A stretch of 64,000 bases of DNA from assembly GCA_031082185.1 (NCBI GenBank), contig JAVHLI010000004.1, positions 11,608-75,607 of the forward strand, in the 5' to 3' direction. The notes below the pieces were generated by a model. It searched no databases, was not told the DNA's origin, and saw only the letters and a list, made by a program, of their open reading frames with translations. The stretch's first letter is position 1; each line of letters begins with the position of its first letter. A program made the translations under genes and the position numbers. Source of the stretch: a bacterium (GTDB taxonomy: Bacteria > Sysuimicrobiota > Sysuimicrobiia > Sysuimicrobiales > Humicultoraceae). Positions 38,567-48,902 of the stretch are shown one piece after another.

Positions 38567-39241
38567 TCAGCCGCGCGCGGTGCGCCGGGCCTCGAGTTCT
38601 ACTTGAAGCCGGCGGGCATCCGCCAGGAACTTCTCGAGCCCGATGTCGGTCATCGGGTGGTTGAAGAGCTGCTCCATGACCCTAAACGGCATCGTGGCCA
38701 CGTGGCAGCCGACCAGCGCGGACTGGATCACGTGGACCGGGTGGCGGAGACTGGCGGATAGCACCTTTGTCTCGAACCCGTAGTTCCGGTAGGCGTCGCA
38801 GATGTCGCGTGCGAGCTCCATGCCATCGGTGCCCGCGTCGTCCAGGCGTCCGACGAACGGGCTTACATAGGTTCCGCCCGCCTTCGCGGCTATCAGCGCC
38901 TGGGCCAGCGAGAACACCAGCGTGACGTTGCACCGAATGCCCTTCGCGCGCAGCACCCGCAGCGCCCGGATGCCCTCGGGCGTGATCGGGACCTTCACGA
39001 CCACGTTGGGGGCCCAGGTGGCGAACTCCTCACCCTCCCGAATCATCCCCTCGGCATCGGCCACCGTCGCCTCGACGCTCACAGGGCCCGGGCAGATCGA
39101 GCAGATCTCCTGGATCAGACTCTTGTGCTCGCGGCCTTCCTTGGCGACATGGGTGGGATTCGTGGTAATGCCGTCGAGGATGCCCCACGACTGCGCGGCG
39201 CGGATCTCCTCGATGCTGGCGGTGTCGACGAAGAATTCCAT
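38567..39241 (-). CDS. fsa: Transaldolase / fructose-6-phosphate aldolase family
   Basis: FVDTA, GITTNP, VVKVP, NVTLVFS, YVSPFVGRLDD and SASLR motifs. Confidence 0.9.
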   Translation of the reverse strand: MEFFVDTASIEEIRAAQSWGILDGITTNPTHVAKEGREHKSLIQEICSICPGPVSVEATVADAEGMIREGEEFATWAPNVVVKVPITPEGIRALRVLRAKGIRCNVTLVFSLAQALIAAKAGGTYVSPFVGRLDDAGTDGMELARDICDAYRNYGFETKVLSASLRHPVHVIQSALVGCHVATMPFRVMEQLFNHPMTDIGLEKFLADARRLQVELEARRTARG

Positions 39242-39246
39242 TGCCG

Positions 39247-40743
39247 CTACCTTCCGGTGGCTTCGATGTACATGACCTCGGCGGCCTCGGTGGGACGCAG
39301 CATCTTGAGCGTGTCCCCGGGCCGCAGCTGCATCAGCAGTACCGGCTGATCGTTCCGGTAGATGGCGCTGACAACCGCCACCCGGTGCGATCGAACCTGG
39401 CGGTTCGCGTCCTCGACGACCACAACCGGGGGCGGCCCGCCACGGACCTCGCGCAGCGTCGCGGTCACATAGTCGTAGCGGCCCAGCGCCTCCATCAGGA
39501 CGTTGAGGGCAAAGATCGCCTCGCCGCGGTTGGCGGTCCGCGCCGGCCGGAAGGTGTTGTCGGCCAGGGGAAGGACGATCTTGCGGTCAATGGCCACCAC
39601 CACGCTCCCACGCAAATCTGATGGGATATCGCGCGCGTCGGCCACCACCAGCGTATCGTTGGCCCGGCGCAGCGCCTCCACTTCAAGGCCCATGGCGCGC
39701 ACGATGAACGCCGCCAGTTCGGCCCTCGTCACCGGCAGCCTGGGCCTGAACGTGTTGTCGGGATACGCCGAGATCAGCCCGCGCTGAAACGCGATCAAGA
39801 TCGTTGTGGGATTCTCCTTGGTCGTGTGCACTGCGACCAGCTCGTAGCGGCCCGGCCGGACCGGCTGGGAGTTCTGGTCGAGCTGCTTCCACCGCGACGC
39901 GAACTTCATTGACTGGTTGGCGGCCAGAGACACGGGCCGCTCCATGGGGACGAACGGCCGGTTCAGCGACCAGCGCGCCACCTCGTTCCCTTCCGCGTCG
40001 CGGATCACGAAGTCGTGGAACTGCGAGGTCGTGTACTCAAACGCGACATCCTGCAGCAAGAACACCTTGAGTCCCGGCTTGATCTGGACGGCGCCCTCAT
40101 CGTAGAGCTCCAGAACCGAGCCGTCCGCGCGCGCCTCCAGCACCCGGAACCTTGCGACCTTGCCGCGTGTTACTCCAGCCGCGGCACGGGTCTCGGTGTA
40201 CAGCTCGCCCTCGACCCCTGCCTTCAGCCCGTCACGGTCACTCATCTTGATGCGCGTCCGTCCGCGGTCCGGGGACAGGAACTCGGTCTCACGGCCCGGA
40301 CCATCGTTGGCGATCGTGAAGGTGATCTCGATCTCCTCGTCGGGACCGTACGTGGTCTTGTTTGCCGTCAGGGCGTACCGGACGGTACCCTTCCTTACCT
40401 CGGTTCTCGTGGCCGAGACCGTGCCCATTATCGAGGCCGCGGCGACGGCCATCCGGTCTGCCGCCGGAATCTGGTCCACGTCGCGGAAGTCGGGCGGACG
40501 CACCCCACCCGTGGGTATGCCGAGCGCGCGGGCCAGGAACAGCGCCATGTCCAGCCGGGTGACAGGTTCCTCAGGGGCCAGCCGGCCGTCAGGCAGGCGA
40601 ATCGCCAGTCCCTTCGCCACCATCCGCTCCGCGGCCCGCCGCGATGGGTGCGTGCTCATGTCCGTGAAGATCTGGGCGGTGGCCGGAGCCGCGGCCAGGG
40701 CAATCAGGACCAACACCGCGGCCAAGCGTGTGCGAATCGTCAT
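39247..40743 (-). CDS. Secreted S-layer-homology (SLH) protein with a BsuPI-like Ig domain
   Basis: Signal peptide; SLH motifs (FTDM..HP, PDNTFRP..PVTRAELA, DNTFRP..NRGEA); BsuPI-like F.YTTSQFHDFVI...VARWS and W.Q.D..GRY. Confidence 0.75.
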   Translation of the reverse strand: MTIRTRLAAVLVLIALAAAPATAQIFTDMSTHPSRRAAERMVAKGLAIRLPDGRLAPEEPVTRLDMALFLARALGIPTGGVRPPDFRDVDQIPAADRMAVAAASIMGTVSATRTEVRKGTVRYALTANKTTYGPDEEIEITFTIANDGPGRETEFLSPDRGRTRIKMSDRDGLKAGVEGELYTETRAAAGVTRGKVARFRVLEARADGSVLELYDEGAVQIKPGLKVFLLQDVAFEYTTSQFHDFVIRDAEGNEVARWSLNRPFVPMERPVSLAANQSMKFASRWKQLDQNSQPVRPGRYELVAVHTTKENPTTILIAFQRGLISAYPDNTFRPRLPVTRAELAAFIVRAMGLEVEALRRANDTLVVADARDIPSDLRGSVVVAIDRKIVLPLADNTFRPARTANRGEAIFALNVLMEALGRYDYVTATLREVRGGPPPVVVVEDANRQVRSHRVAVVSAIYRNDQPVLLMQLRPGDTLKMLRPTEAAEVMYIEATGR

Positions 40744-40995
40744 CACAGGTGCGCCTCCCTCGGGATTACCGATGGCGTGCAGGTCTATCAGAACTGTTCA
40801 CCGCGTGATTTGTGGTTCGAACATCGTCTGGGACACAACCCCGGAAGTTTCGTTTGGGCCGGAGATTGATAGCGGCAAGCGGCGACCGCGCACCTGCCGC
40901 CGGTAGATCTTGAGATATTCGTATCACACAGGCCGATGCCATTGCAATAGCAACCTCGGCCGAATCGAACCGGTGCCGATCAGGTGGGCCTCCGA

Positions 40996-42669
40996 TCACA
41001 TGCTTTCGGGGGTTGAAACCCCCAGCAGCCCCAGCGTGCGCCGCAGCACTATCCGGGCAGCCTCGACCAGGGCCAGCCGCGCGGCGGTCAGGTCCGGATC
41101 GTCGGTCAGAACGCGGCAGTGGGCGTAGAAGAGATGGAACGCCTCGGCAACCTCGCGGGCATACGCGCAGAGACGATGGGGCTCACGCCGCAGACCTGCC
41201 AGTCGGACAACCTCGGGAAGTTCGCCCAGGGCGTGGATCAGAGCGGCCTCGCGTTCGTCGGCCAGGCGCTCCAGCGGGCGGTCCAGCGATGAGCAGGCGT
41301 CTCCGCCACCTGCCTTCCCGGTTGCCTCGCGCAGGATGCCGGCGATACGCGCATGGGCGTACTGCACGTAGTACACGGGGTTGTCCTGCGAGGGCTGAAG
41401 CGCCAACGCGACGTCGAAGTCCATGGGAACCGAGGGCGAGGCCATCGCGAAGAAGTACCTTGCGGCGTCCACCCCGACGGCGTCCATCAGCTCCCGCAGG
41501 GCCACGAACTCGCCGCTGCTCTTGGACATGCGCAGGGACTCACCCGCGTTCTTCAATCGCACGTGCTGGTAGATGAGGATTTCCAGGGCCTCGGGCGGGA
41601 CGCCCATCGCGGCCAGCCCGCCCTTGACGCGGGCCACATCGCCGATGTGATCAATGGCCCAGACGTTTATCATCATGTCGAAGCCGCGCGCCAGCTTGTC
41701 GAGATGGTAGGCTATGTCGCTGCCGAAGTAGGTCCACTCGCCGGTGGACTTGACGATCACCCGGTCCTTGTCGTCACCAAAGCAGGACGAGCGAAACCAG
41801 GTCTTGCCATCGGCCTCGTAGATGTAGTCGCGGGCCCGAAGCTCGGCGAGCACCCGGTCCACCGCCCCTGAACGAATCAGCCCGCGCTCGCTGAACCAGG
41901 TGTCGAACCTCACACCAAACCGCTCGAGCACCTCTCTGATGTCCGCGACGGCCGCGGTCACGCTCACGTCTCGGAAGTGGTCCAGGCGCTCGTCCTGGGA
42001 GGCCCGCAGCCATCTGTCGCCGTCGTCCGCAACGATCCTGCCTGCCAGGTCCTTGACATACTCGCCCGGGTAGCCCCCCTCGGGAAACGGCGTGGGCTGC
42101 CCGAGCATGTTCAGGTAGTGGGCCTCAACCGAACGCGCCAGGTTGTGCACCTTCTGGCCGGCATCGTTCATGTAGTACTCGCGCGAGATAGAGAATCCAA
42201 GAGCCCCCAGCAGGTTGGCCAGCACGTCGCCTATAACCGCGTTGCGGCCGGCACCGACGTGAAGCGGGCCTGTGGGGTTGGCGCTGACGAACTCGACGTT
42301 CACGCGCCGACCGGCGCCGATCGTCTGCAGGCCGTAGCCGTCCCCGAGCCGGCAGATAGTCGCAACCAAGTCGCGCTTCCAGGGCCAGGCAACCGTCAGG
42401 TTGATAAACCCGGGGCCGGCGACCTCGAGACGCTCGATGCGATCAGGGGGAGGCGCGTAGGCCTCGATCAGGCGCTGCGCGATCTCGCGGGGCTTCCCGC
42501 CGACGTGCTTGGCCAGCAGCAGTGCCGCGTTGGTCGCATAGTCGCCGTGCCGGCGATCCCTGGGAACCTCCACATCGAACGGCGGCACATCACCCGAGGG
42601 AATCGCGCCGGATTCCATGGCGCGGGTGATGGCGTCCCGGATCTCTCGCCTCAGGGCCTCGCGAAACAT
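40996..42669 (-). CDS. argS: Arginine--tRNA ligase
   Basis: HGDYATN, AGPGFIN, EFVSANPTGPLHVG, MSKSSG and NPVYYVQYAHAR motifs. Confidence 0.97.
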   Translation of the reverse strand: MFREALRREIRDAITRAMESGAIPSGDVPPFDVEVPRDRRHGDYATNAALLLAKHVGGKPREIAQRLIEAYAPPPDRIERLEVAGPGFINLTVAWPWKRDLVATICRLGDGYGLQTIGAGRRVNVEFVSANPTGPLHVGAGRNAVIGDVLANLLGALGFSISREYYMNDAGQKVHNLARSVEAHYLNMLGQPTPFPEGGYPGEYVKDLAGRIVADDGDRWLRASQDERLDHFRDVSVTAAVADIREVLERFGVRFDTWFSERGLIRSGAVDRVLAELRARDYIYEADGKTWFRSSCFGDDKDRVIVKSTGEWTYFGSDIAYHLDKLARGFDMMINVWAIDHIGDVARVKGGLAAMGVPPEALEILIYQHVRLKNAGESLRMSKSSGEFVALRELMDAVGVDAARYFFAMASPSVPMDFDVALALQPSQDNPVYYVQYAHARIAGILREATGKAGGGDACSSLDRPLERLADEREAALIHALGELPEVVRLAGLRREPHRLCAYAREVAEAFHLFYAHCRVLTDDPDLTAARLALVEAARIVLRRTLGLLGVSTPESM

Positions 42670-42675
42670 CGCCTT

Positions 42676-42684
42676 ACTATACCA
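42676..42684 (-). promoter_or_regulatory. Extended -10 of argS (leaderless)
   Basis: TG-G-TATAGT 6 nt before the ATG. Confidence 0.65.
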
Positions 42685-42685
42685 C

Positions 42686-43897
42686 CTACGCCGTGCGGGA
42701 TACCGGCGCGCGGGGTGCAGGCGCGAGGGGCGCGGGCGTGAACTTCCCCAGAACGCGCGGCCCGGCTGCCCCGGTTGCGGCCGGCACGTTCGTGGCCAGC
42801 CCGGCCACCGCGTCGGAGGCCAGCAGCGCAAACGCCATCGCCTCCTTCAGCTTGCCGTCCACCCCGAACTCCTCGCAACGGTAGACCGGAAGACCCAACC
42901 CCGAGGCAATGCGCCCGCGCAGGAAGTCGTTGTAGGATCCGCCGCCTCCCAGCACCACCTCGTCCAGCCCGGCCCGAGGAATCAGGAACTCGCGGTAGGC
43001 CCGCACGATCGAATCTGCGGTCAGCGCCGAGACGGTGGCCACGGCGTCCTCTGGGCCGAGCCCGCGGCGGAGCGCCTGTTCAAGGAGTGCCGCGGCGAAC
43101 GGTCGGCCGTAGACCTCTCGGCCGGTGGTCTTGGGCGGGGAGAGCCGCAGAAACGGATCGCCCATCAGCTCGTCCAGCCAGTCTTCGTGCACCCGTCCCC
43201 TGGAGGCCATCGCGCCCCCGTGGTCGTATGCCTGGGCCCCGCCGGTGGTGAGTTGCACCACGCCGTCAATCAGCATGTTACCGGGACCGGTGTCGAACGC
43301 CAGGGCGTCGCCGGGACCGCATCCGGCCGGTAGATAGGTGACGTTACCGATTCCCCCGATGTTCTGCACAGCGCGCGTGCGCGCGGGGTGCCGGAACACG
43401 ACCAGGTCGAAGTACGGCACCAGCGGCGCGCCGTGCCCGCCGGCGGCAATGTCGGCCACGCGGAAGTCGGCCACCACCGGCAGGCCGGTGCGCTCCGCTA
43501 TCACCGCCGATTCCCCTAACTGCAGCGTCGCGCCGTCCGGGCTGGGAATGTGCCAGACCGTCTGGCCGTGCGAGCCGACCAGATCCACCTCTGCCGGATG
43601 CAGCCCGGCCTGGGCGATCACCGCCAGCGCCGCGTCCGCGAAGAGGTCGCCCAGTCGGAAGTTGAACCGGCACAGGCGATCCACCGAGGCGGTCGCCGGA
43701 TTGAACATGGAGAACAGCTCGTCACGATCCGCATCGGAGAAAGGCACCGTCAGGCCGGCGACCAGCCGCACCCGTGCCTCCAGCCCGGCGCCGGCGATCT
43801 CAACGAGAGCGGCGTCAATCCCATCGGCCGAGGTGCCCGAGATCAAGCCCACCACCCGCTTCGGGTCTTTGCGCGCAAGAATAGCCGCGGTTCTCAC
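42686..43897 (-). CDS. anmK: Anhydro-N-acetylmuramic acid kinase
   Basis: GLISGTSADGID, GSHGQT, DFR..D.A.GG.GAPL, NIGGIGN, FDTGPGN, PPKTTGRE and KEAMAFA motifs. Confidence 0.95.
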   Translation of the reverse strand: MRTAAILARKDPKRVVGLISGTSADGIDAALVEIAGAGLEARVRLVAGLTVPFSDADRDELFSMFNPATASVDRLCRFNFRLGDLFADAALAVIAQAGLHPAEVDLVGSHGQTVWHIPSPDGATLQLGESAVIAERTGLPVVADFRVADIAAGGHGAPLVPYFDLVVFRHPARTRAVQNIGGIGNVTYLPAGCGPGDALAFDTGPGNMLIDGVVQLTTGGAQAYDHGGAMASRGRVHEDWLDELMGDPFLRLSPPKTTGREVYGRPFAAALLEQALRRGLGPEDAVATVSALTADSIVRAYREFLIPRAGLDEVVLGGGGSYNDFLRGRIASGLGLPVYRCEEFGVDGKLKEAMAFALLASDAVAGLATNVPAATGAAGPRVLGKFTPAPLAPAPRAPVSRTA

Positions 43898-44835
43898 CGT
43901 CCGCACCCCTCATCTCTGGCCTCGATTGCCGCCCGGACAAACCCGCCCGCCCGTTCCAGCAGCCGCTCGGCCTCCTGGCGCCCCACCCTTGCCAGCGCCA
44001 TAACGATGGCGACCTTGGTGCTGCCGCCGGCCTCGTCCAGCAGTCGGCCGCCGGCGTCGGCATCCAGGCCGGTCGCCTGCGCCACCATGCGCCGCGCGCG
44101 CGATTCCAGCTTCTGGTTGCTGGGCGGCATGTCCACCATCAGGTTCGAATACACCTTGCCCAGCCGAACCATGGCCGTGGTGCTGAGCATGTTCAGCACC
44201 ATCTTCTGGGAGGTCCCGGCCTTCATGCGCGTCGAACCGGTGAGGACCTCCGGGCCGGTAACCGGCGTGATGGGAATATCCACCGCCCGCTCCAGCAGCG
44301 AGCCGGGGGCATTGCACAGACCGATGATGGTGCAGCCGCGCCTCCGCGCCTCTGCGACGGCTCCCAGCACGAACGGCGTCACGCCGCTGGCGGCGATTGC
44401 CACGACCGCGTCGTTGCCTCCTGCGCCGATTGCCGATACCTCCGCGGCGCCCGCGGCAGCGTCATCCTCGGACGGCGCAGCCGATCCGATTGTGGCCTGC
44501 GAACCTCCGGCGACGAGGACCGGAATCAGCCCCGGCTCAACCCCGAAGGTGGGCGGCCACTCCAGCGCGTCGAGCAGGCCGATCCGCCCACTGGTGCCGG
44601 CGCCTACGTAGATGACGCGGCCCCCGGAGCGCACGGCCCGCACGATGGCTTCCACCGCCTGCGCAATCTGGGGGATCTCGGCGGCCACGGCATCGGGGAC
44701 GCTGTCATCCTCCTGGTTGATCACACGCAGGATCTCCTCGGTGGAGAGGCGGTCCATCTCCATGGTCCTGGGATTGCGCTGCTCTGTCTCCAGTTCCCAG
44801 TAGTTCACCCTGGGCCGTTGATCAGGCGGTGTCAT
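43894..44835 (-). CDS. murQ: N-acetylmuramic acid 6-phosphate etherase
   Basis: TEQRNP, GAGTSGRIG, GPEVLTGSTRMKAGTSQK and NLMVD motifs. Confidence 0.95.
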   Translation of the reverse strand: MTPPDQRPRVNYWELETEQRNPRTMEMDRLSTEEILRVINQEDDSVPDAVAAEIPQIAQAVEAIVRAVRSGGRVIYVGAGTSGRIGLLDALEWPPTFGVEPGLIPVLVAGGSQATIGSAAPSEDDAAAGAAEVSAIGAGGNDAVVAIAASGVTPFVLGAVAEARRRGCTIIGLCNAPGSLLERAVDIPITPVTGPEVLTGSTRMKAGTSQKMVLNMLSTTAMVRLGKVYSNLMVDMPPSNQKLESRARRMVAQATGLDADAGGRLLDEAGGSTKVAIVMALARVGRQEAERLLERAGGFVRAAIEARDEGCGR

Positions 44836-45784
44836 CGCGATCACCTCGCTCGCGCCACGCGGTCTCAATGCCTGCCGCTCGGGCCGCCAGCAGCGCGGCG
44901 CCGATCTCAGGCGGGAAGCGGGCAGGGGTCAGCACGGCCGGGCACGCTCGGGCGTCAAGCGCCCGCATCATCAGCCCGGCCATAGGCCCACCCTCGCCCA
45001 GTACCCCTCCGGACGCCACCAGCGTGAACCTGTTCTGCTCCCAGCCCAAAACACGCGCAACGGCGTCCACCATCGCGGCAAGCCCATCACCGGCGCGCTC
45101 CAGGATGCGCGCGGCAACCGGATCTCCCGCTGCCGCGGCTTCCACCGCCAGCGGGGCGACCGACGCGACCGCGTCTATGCTCGCTCCGCGCACGGCGGCC
45201 TTGAGCGCCGCAAGCGAAGCGATGCCGAATCGTGCCCGGACCGCTTCAACCATGAGGGTGGTATCCCCGCGGCCGTCGTACGCGCGCATCGCGGCCCGCA
45301 GTACAGCGCGGCCGATGGAGTATCCGCTGCCTTCATCGTCGAGGAGCGGTCCCCATCCTCCGGCACGCGCCCGCCGGCCGCCCTCGTCCACCCCGAACGC
45401 TATGGAACCGGTGCCGGCTATGATCACCACGCCGGGCGACAGCGCTGTGCCGCCGGCCAGCGCGGCCGCGGCGTCGTGATCCACATGCACGAACCGGGCG
45501 ATGTTGGCCCTGGTGAGCGCGCCGATCAGCCGCTCGCGGATTGCCGGGTCGTCTGCACCGGCCAGCCCGGCTCCGAGCGCGGCTACCGTCTCCGCCATGC
45601 CGGAAGTGGCCAGTGCCTCGCGCGCCGCGGCCACTACAACGGCCGCCGCTTCCTCGGGCTCCCGATGGTAGGCGCTCGAGGAGCGTACCGACGCCGTCGA
45701 GATCACCGACCCGGTCGAGGACACCACTGCCGCGCGGGTCTTCGACGCGCCCCCATCCACCCCGATCAGCACCACCTCAGCCAT
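44822..45784 (-). CDS. BadF/BadG/BcrA/BcrD-type kinase (GlcNAc/MurNAc kinase-like)
   Basis: IGVDGGASKT, IAGTGSIAFG and RAGGWG.LLDDEGSG motifs. Confidence 0.88.
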   Translation of the reverse strand: MAEVVLIGVDGGASKTRAAVVSSTGSVISTASVRSSSAYHREPEEAAAVVVAAAREALATSGMAETVAALGAGLAGADDPAIRERLIGALTRANIARFVHVDHDAAAALAGGTALSPGVVIIAGTGSIAFGVDEGGRRARAGGWGPLLDDEGSGYSIGRAVLRAAMRAYDGRGDTTLMVEAVRARFGIASLAALKAAVRGASIDAVASVAPLAVEAAAAGDPVAARILERAGDGLAAMVDAVARVLGWEQNRFTLVASGGVLGEGGPMAGLMMRALDARACPAVLTPARFPPEIGAALLAARAAGIETAWRERGDRDDTA

Positions 45785-45789
45785 CTGGG

Positions 45790-46974
45790 TCAACCATCGA
45801 GGGCCTCGATCACCGCGTCGTGGAACGCCGGGCGGAAAGCCTGGATCTCCTCCCGCTGTGCAGTAGGATGCACGCGGTTGGTCAGCAGCACCACCACCAG
45901 GTCGCGCGCGGGGTCCACCAGTATGGAGGTCCCTGTGAAACCGGTGTGGCAGTACGCCTGCATCGAGGCGCGCGTGCCGGCAGAGGGCCCGCCCTGCAGG
46001 CTCCACCCGAGCCCTCCTCGACCCGGGCCCGGCTGCCCTGTCTGGTCCCGCGTGGCTTCCGCAACGGTCGCCGGACGCAGGACGCGCGCGCCGTCCATCG
46101 CCCCGCCGCGCAGCATGGCCGCGCCGAACCGTGCAACGTCCCCGGCGGTGGCGAACAGCCCGGCGTGACCCGCCACCCCGCGTCCCAGGTGCCAGGCGTT
46201 GCCGTCGTGCACCTCGCCCCGAAGCAGGTGGGTTCGCCAGGCGAACCCCCTGCCCAGCCCCTGCTCGCGAGCCTTCATCCGCTCATAACCGTTCCCGACC
46301 TCGGTGGCGGCGCAGCGCGTCCGCCATGCCCGCGGCGGCGAGAACCGCGTCGCCCCAAGACCCAGCGGACCGAAGATACGCGCGCGCGCGTAGGCGTCGA
46401 GGGACATCCCGGTGAGGCGCTCCACCAGGTACCCCAGCAGGATGAACCCCAGATCGCTGTACTCCACCCGCGACCCGGGCGGCGCCAGAACGGGTGTGGC
46501 GCAGATGCGCGCCGCCGCTCCTTCGATGGATCGGCAGGCGCCCGCGCGCTCCCGCCCTCCCCCCGAAGGACGCGCGACTTTGAGGTAGAGCATCTCCCAG
46601 GCCGGGAGCCCCGCGGTGTGCGCCAGCAGGTGGCGGACCGTCGCCTCTGCCTTTCCTCCCCAGGCGAAGCGAGGGATGTGTATCGCGACCGGGGCATCGA
46701 GATCAACCGCGCCTCTTTCCCAAAGCTGGAGCACGGCGGTCGCAGTGGCCATCGGCTTGGTCAGACTGGCCAAATCGAACACCGTCTCGATCATCATCGG
46801 GCGGCGCCGGGGAACCACCTGCGCATCCCCGAACGCCTGGTGCAGCAGCCAGTCCTTCCCCCTGGCCACCGCGACGACCGCGCCGGGGAAGATACCGTCC
46901 CGCAGCCCCTCTGCCACGCGCGCCTCTACCACCTCACGTACGCGCACCGCCCGGCGCATCGGCCTGGCGGTCAT
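45790..46974 (-). CDS. Serine hydrolase of beta-lactamase/PBP fold (AmiE-like muropeptide amidase candidate)
   Basis: FDLASLTK (SxxK), YSDLG, GEVHDGNA, GHAGLF, HTGFTG and LTNRVHP motifs; lies in the mur operon. Confidence 0.85.
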   Translation of the reverse strand: MTARPMRRAVRVREVVEARVAEGLRDGIFPGAVVAVARGKDWLLHQAFGDAQVVPRRRPMMIETVFDLASLTKPMATATAVLQLWERGAVDLDAPVAIHIPRFAWGGKAEATVRHLLAHTAGLPAWEMLYLKVARPSGGGRERAGACRSIEGAAARICATPVLAPPGSRVEYSDLGFILLGYLVERLTGMSLDAYARARIFGPLGLGATRFSPPRAWRTRCAATEVGNGYERMKAREQGLGRGFAWRTHLLRGEVHDGNAWHLGRGVAGHAGLFATAGDVARFGAAMLRGGAMDGARVLRPATVAEATRDQTGQPGPGRGGLGWSLQGGPSAGTRASMQAYCHTGFTGTSILVDPARDLVVVLLTNRVHPTAQREEIQAFRPAFHDAVIEALDG

Positions 46975-47870
46975 CGCAGCCTCGGATCGAGCAGGTCACG
47001 CAGGCCGTCGCCCAACAGGTTGAATCCGAGCACGACGATCATGATCGCCAGGCCGGGAAAGACGGCGTTCCAGGGAGCCAGCTCGAGCAACTGCCGCCCG
47101 TCGCTGAGCATGTTGCCCCACGAGGGCGTAGGCGGCCGCGTGCCGAGCCCCAGGAAACTGAGCGCCGACTCCGAGAGGATAGCCAGCGACAGACTCAGCG
47201 AGATCTGCACGATCATCGGGGCCATCACGTTGGGAATGACGTGCCTCCACATGATCCGCGCGTTGGCCATCCCCAGCGCCCTGGCGGCGTCAATGAACTC
47301 GAGCGAGCGCACGCCCAACGCCGCGGCCCTGGCCACGCGCGCGAACTGGGGCGTGTAGACGATCCCGATGGCGATCACCAGGTTGAACAGGCTGGTGCCC
47401 AGCACGGCCATGATCGCGATAGCGAGGAGGATGGCCGGGAACGCAAAGACGACGTCCATGATCCGCATCGAGACCGAGTCCCACCACCCACCGTAGTATC
47501 CCGCGGACAGACCGACCGAGGTCCCCATCGCCACGGCCGCCAGCACGGACAGAAAGGCGACCACCAGGGAGACGCGCGAACCCATCAGCACGCGGCTGAA
47601 CACGTCGCGGCCGAACTCGTCGGTGCCGAAAAGGTACCGGCCGCCGGGCGGAGAGAGCGCGTCCTCTGGGGACATGACCCGGACGTCGTGGGGAACTACC
47701 GCGGGTGCCGTCACCGCTATCCCAATGCTGGCAAAGATAATGACGAAGCCGATCGGCGCGACGCGGTTGCGCAGGAACCGGCGCGCCCACCACCGCCAGC
47801 CGGTGCCCAGGCGCGGCCCCGCGGCCGCCGGCGCCTTACCCGTATCGGATGCGCGGATCAATCCAGGCAT
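46971..47870 (-). CDS. Peptide ABC transporter permease (OppC/DppC type; start uncertain)
   Basis: FGTDEFGRD, EFIDAARALG, ESALSFLGLG and GDGLRDLLDPR motifs. Confidence 0.9.
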   Translation of the reverse strand: MPGLIRASDTGKAPAAAGPRLGTGWRWWARRFLRNRVAPIGFVIIFASIGIAVTAPAVVPHDVRVMSPEDALSPPGGRYLFGTDEFGRDVFSRVLMGSRVSLVVAFLSVLAAVAMGTSVGLSAGYYGGWWDSVSMRIMDVVFAFPAILLAIAIMAVLGTSLFNLVIAIGIVYTPQFARVARAAALGVRSLEFIDAARALGMANARIMWRHVIPNVMAPMIVQISLSLSLAILSESALSFLGLGTRPPTPSWGNMLSDGRQLLELAPWNAVFPGLAIMIVVLGFNLLGDGLRDLLDPRLR

Positions 47871-48783
47871 AGAGCAGATCCACCACCAGGTTGGTAACGA
47901 CGAAGAGCAGGGCAATGGTCAGCACGACCCCCTGCACCACCGGATAGTCGCGCTGGAAGATCGCCTGCAACACAAGGCGGCCCATCCCGGGGAGGGCGAA
48001 GATCTCCTCGATCACCACGGTGCCACCCAGCAGGTAGCCCATCTGAAACCCCACAACGGTAATGACCGGGATCATCGCGTTCGGCAGGGCGTGGCGGAGC
48101 ATCACGGCCGATGCCCGCAGCCCCTTGCCCCGAGCGGTCCGGACATAGTCCTGCCCCAGCACCTCGAGCAGCGACGAGCGGATGTAGCGCATCAGTATCG
48201 CCGCGATCGCCACCCCCAAGGCGATGGCCGGCAGGTAAAGACTCTCCAGCGTGCCGAGGGGATTCTGCGACAAGGGGACATACTGGCCGAGCGAGACGTG
48301 CAGGTATCGGGAGAAGACGAGAATCAGCATCGCGCCGAGCCAGAAGTTGGGCATCGAGAGGCCGAGCAGCCCGCCGATGCGCGTCAGCACGTCAAACGCC
48401 GAGTTGCGCGTAACCGCCGAGAGGATGCCGAGCGGCACCGCAATGGTCAGCGCAATGGCCAGTGAGAACATCGCGAGCTGAAACGAGAGCGGCAGCCGCG
48501 CCATGATGTCGGGAAGCACCGGGCGCGAGGTCCGCAGCGAAACGCCGAAATCCCCGCGGAGAATCCGTCCCAGGTAGTCAACGAACTGCGCCCAGATCGG
48601 CTTGTCCACCCCAAAGAACCGGCGCAGCTCGGCCATCTGTTCGGGCGTCATCTCTACCTGGGTTCCCAGGAAGAGCTGGACGGCGTCTCCCGGTATCAGA
48701 CGTATCAGCAGGAAGACGACGGCGAGTATGCCGAGTAGTACGGGAATGAGCGCCAGCAGGCGCGTGGCCAGATACCTTTGCAT
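47836..48783 (-). CDS. Peptide ABC transporter permease (OppB/DppB type)
   Basis: PGD, GDFGVS, DYVRTARGKGL, RDYPVVQG and DPRIRY motifs. Confidence 0.92.
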   Translation of the reverse strand: MQRYLATRLLALIPVLLGILAVVFLLIRLIPGDAVQLFLGTQVEMTPEQMAELRRFFGVDKPIWAQFVDYLGRILRGDFGVSLRTSRPVLPDIMARLPLSFQLAMFSLAIALTIAVPLGILSAVTRNSAFDVLTRIGGLLGLSMPNFWLGAMLILVFSRYLHVSLGQYVPLSQNPLGTLESLYLPAIALGVAIAAILMRYIRSSLLEVLGQDYVRTARGKGLRASAVMLRHALPNAMIPVITVVGFQMGYLLGGTVVIEEIFALPGMGRLVLQAIFQRDYPVVQGVVLTIALLFVVTNLVVDLLYAWIDPRIRYG

Positions 48784-48801
48784 GGATGGATACTGGTTGG
48801 G

Positions 48802-48831
48802 TCCCGGGGGGCGGTTCGCCGCCCCCCGGGA
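48802..48831 (-). other. Intercistronic hairpin after the binding-protein gene (mRNA stabiliser or attenuator)
   Basis: Perfect 13-bp stem tcccggggggcgg-ttcg-ccgccccccggga. Confidence 0.7.
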
Positions 48832-48902
48832 TTACACTCTCACTTGATCCCGTTACTCGCGATCCTGTTGCCTACGATCGCGCTGCCTGAGTACGGCAGT
48901 GC

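Noticed and set aside
40747..40995. Riboswitch or LexA box in the argS-SLH intergenic region
   Set aside because: Contains an imperfect palindrome centred on ATTGCAAT and GAAC/GTTC half-sites, but the spacing does not match a known box and no riboswitch consensus was recognised.
45790..46974. Beta-lactam resistance gene
   Set aside because: The SxxK fold is shared by many hydrolases; no evident signal peptide, and the mur-operon context points to cell-wall recycling.
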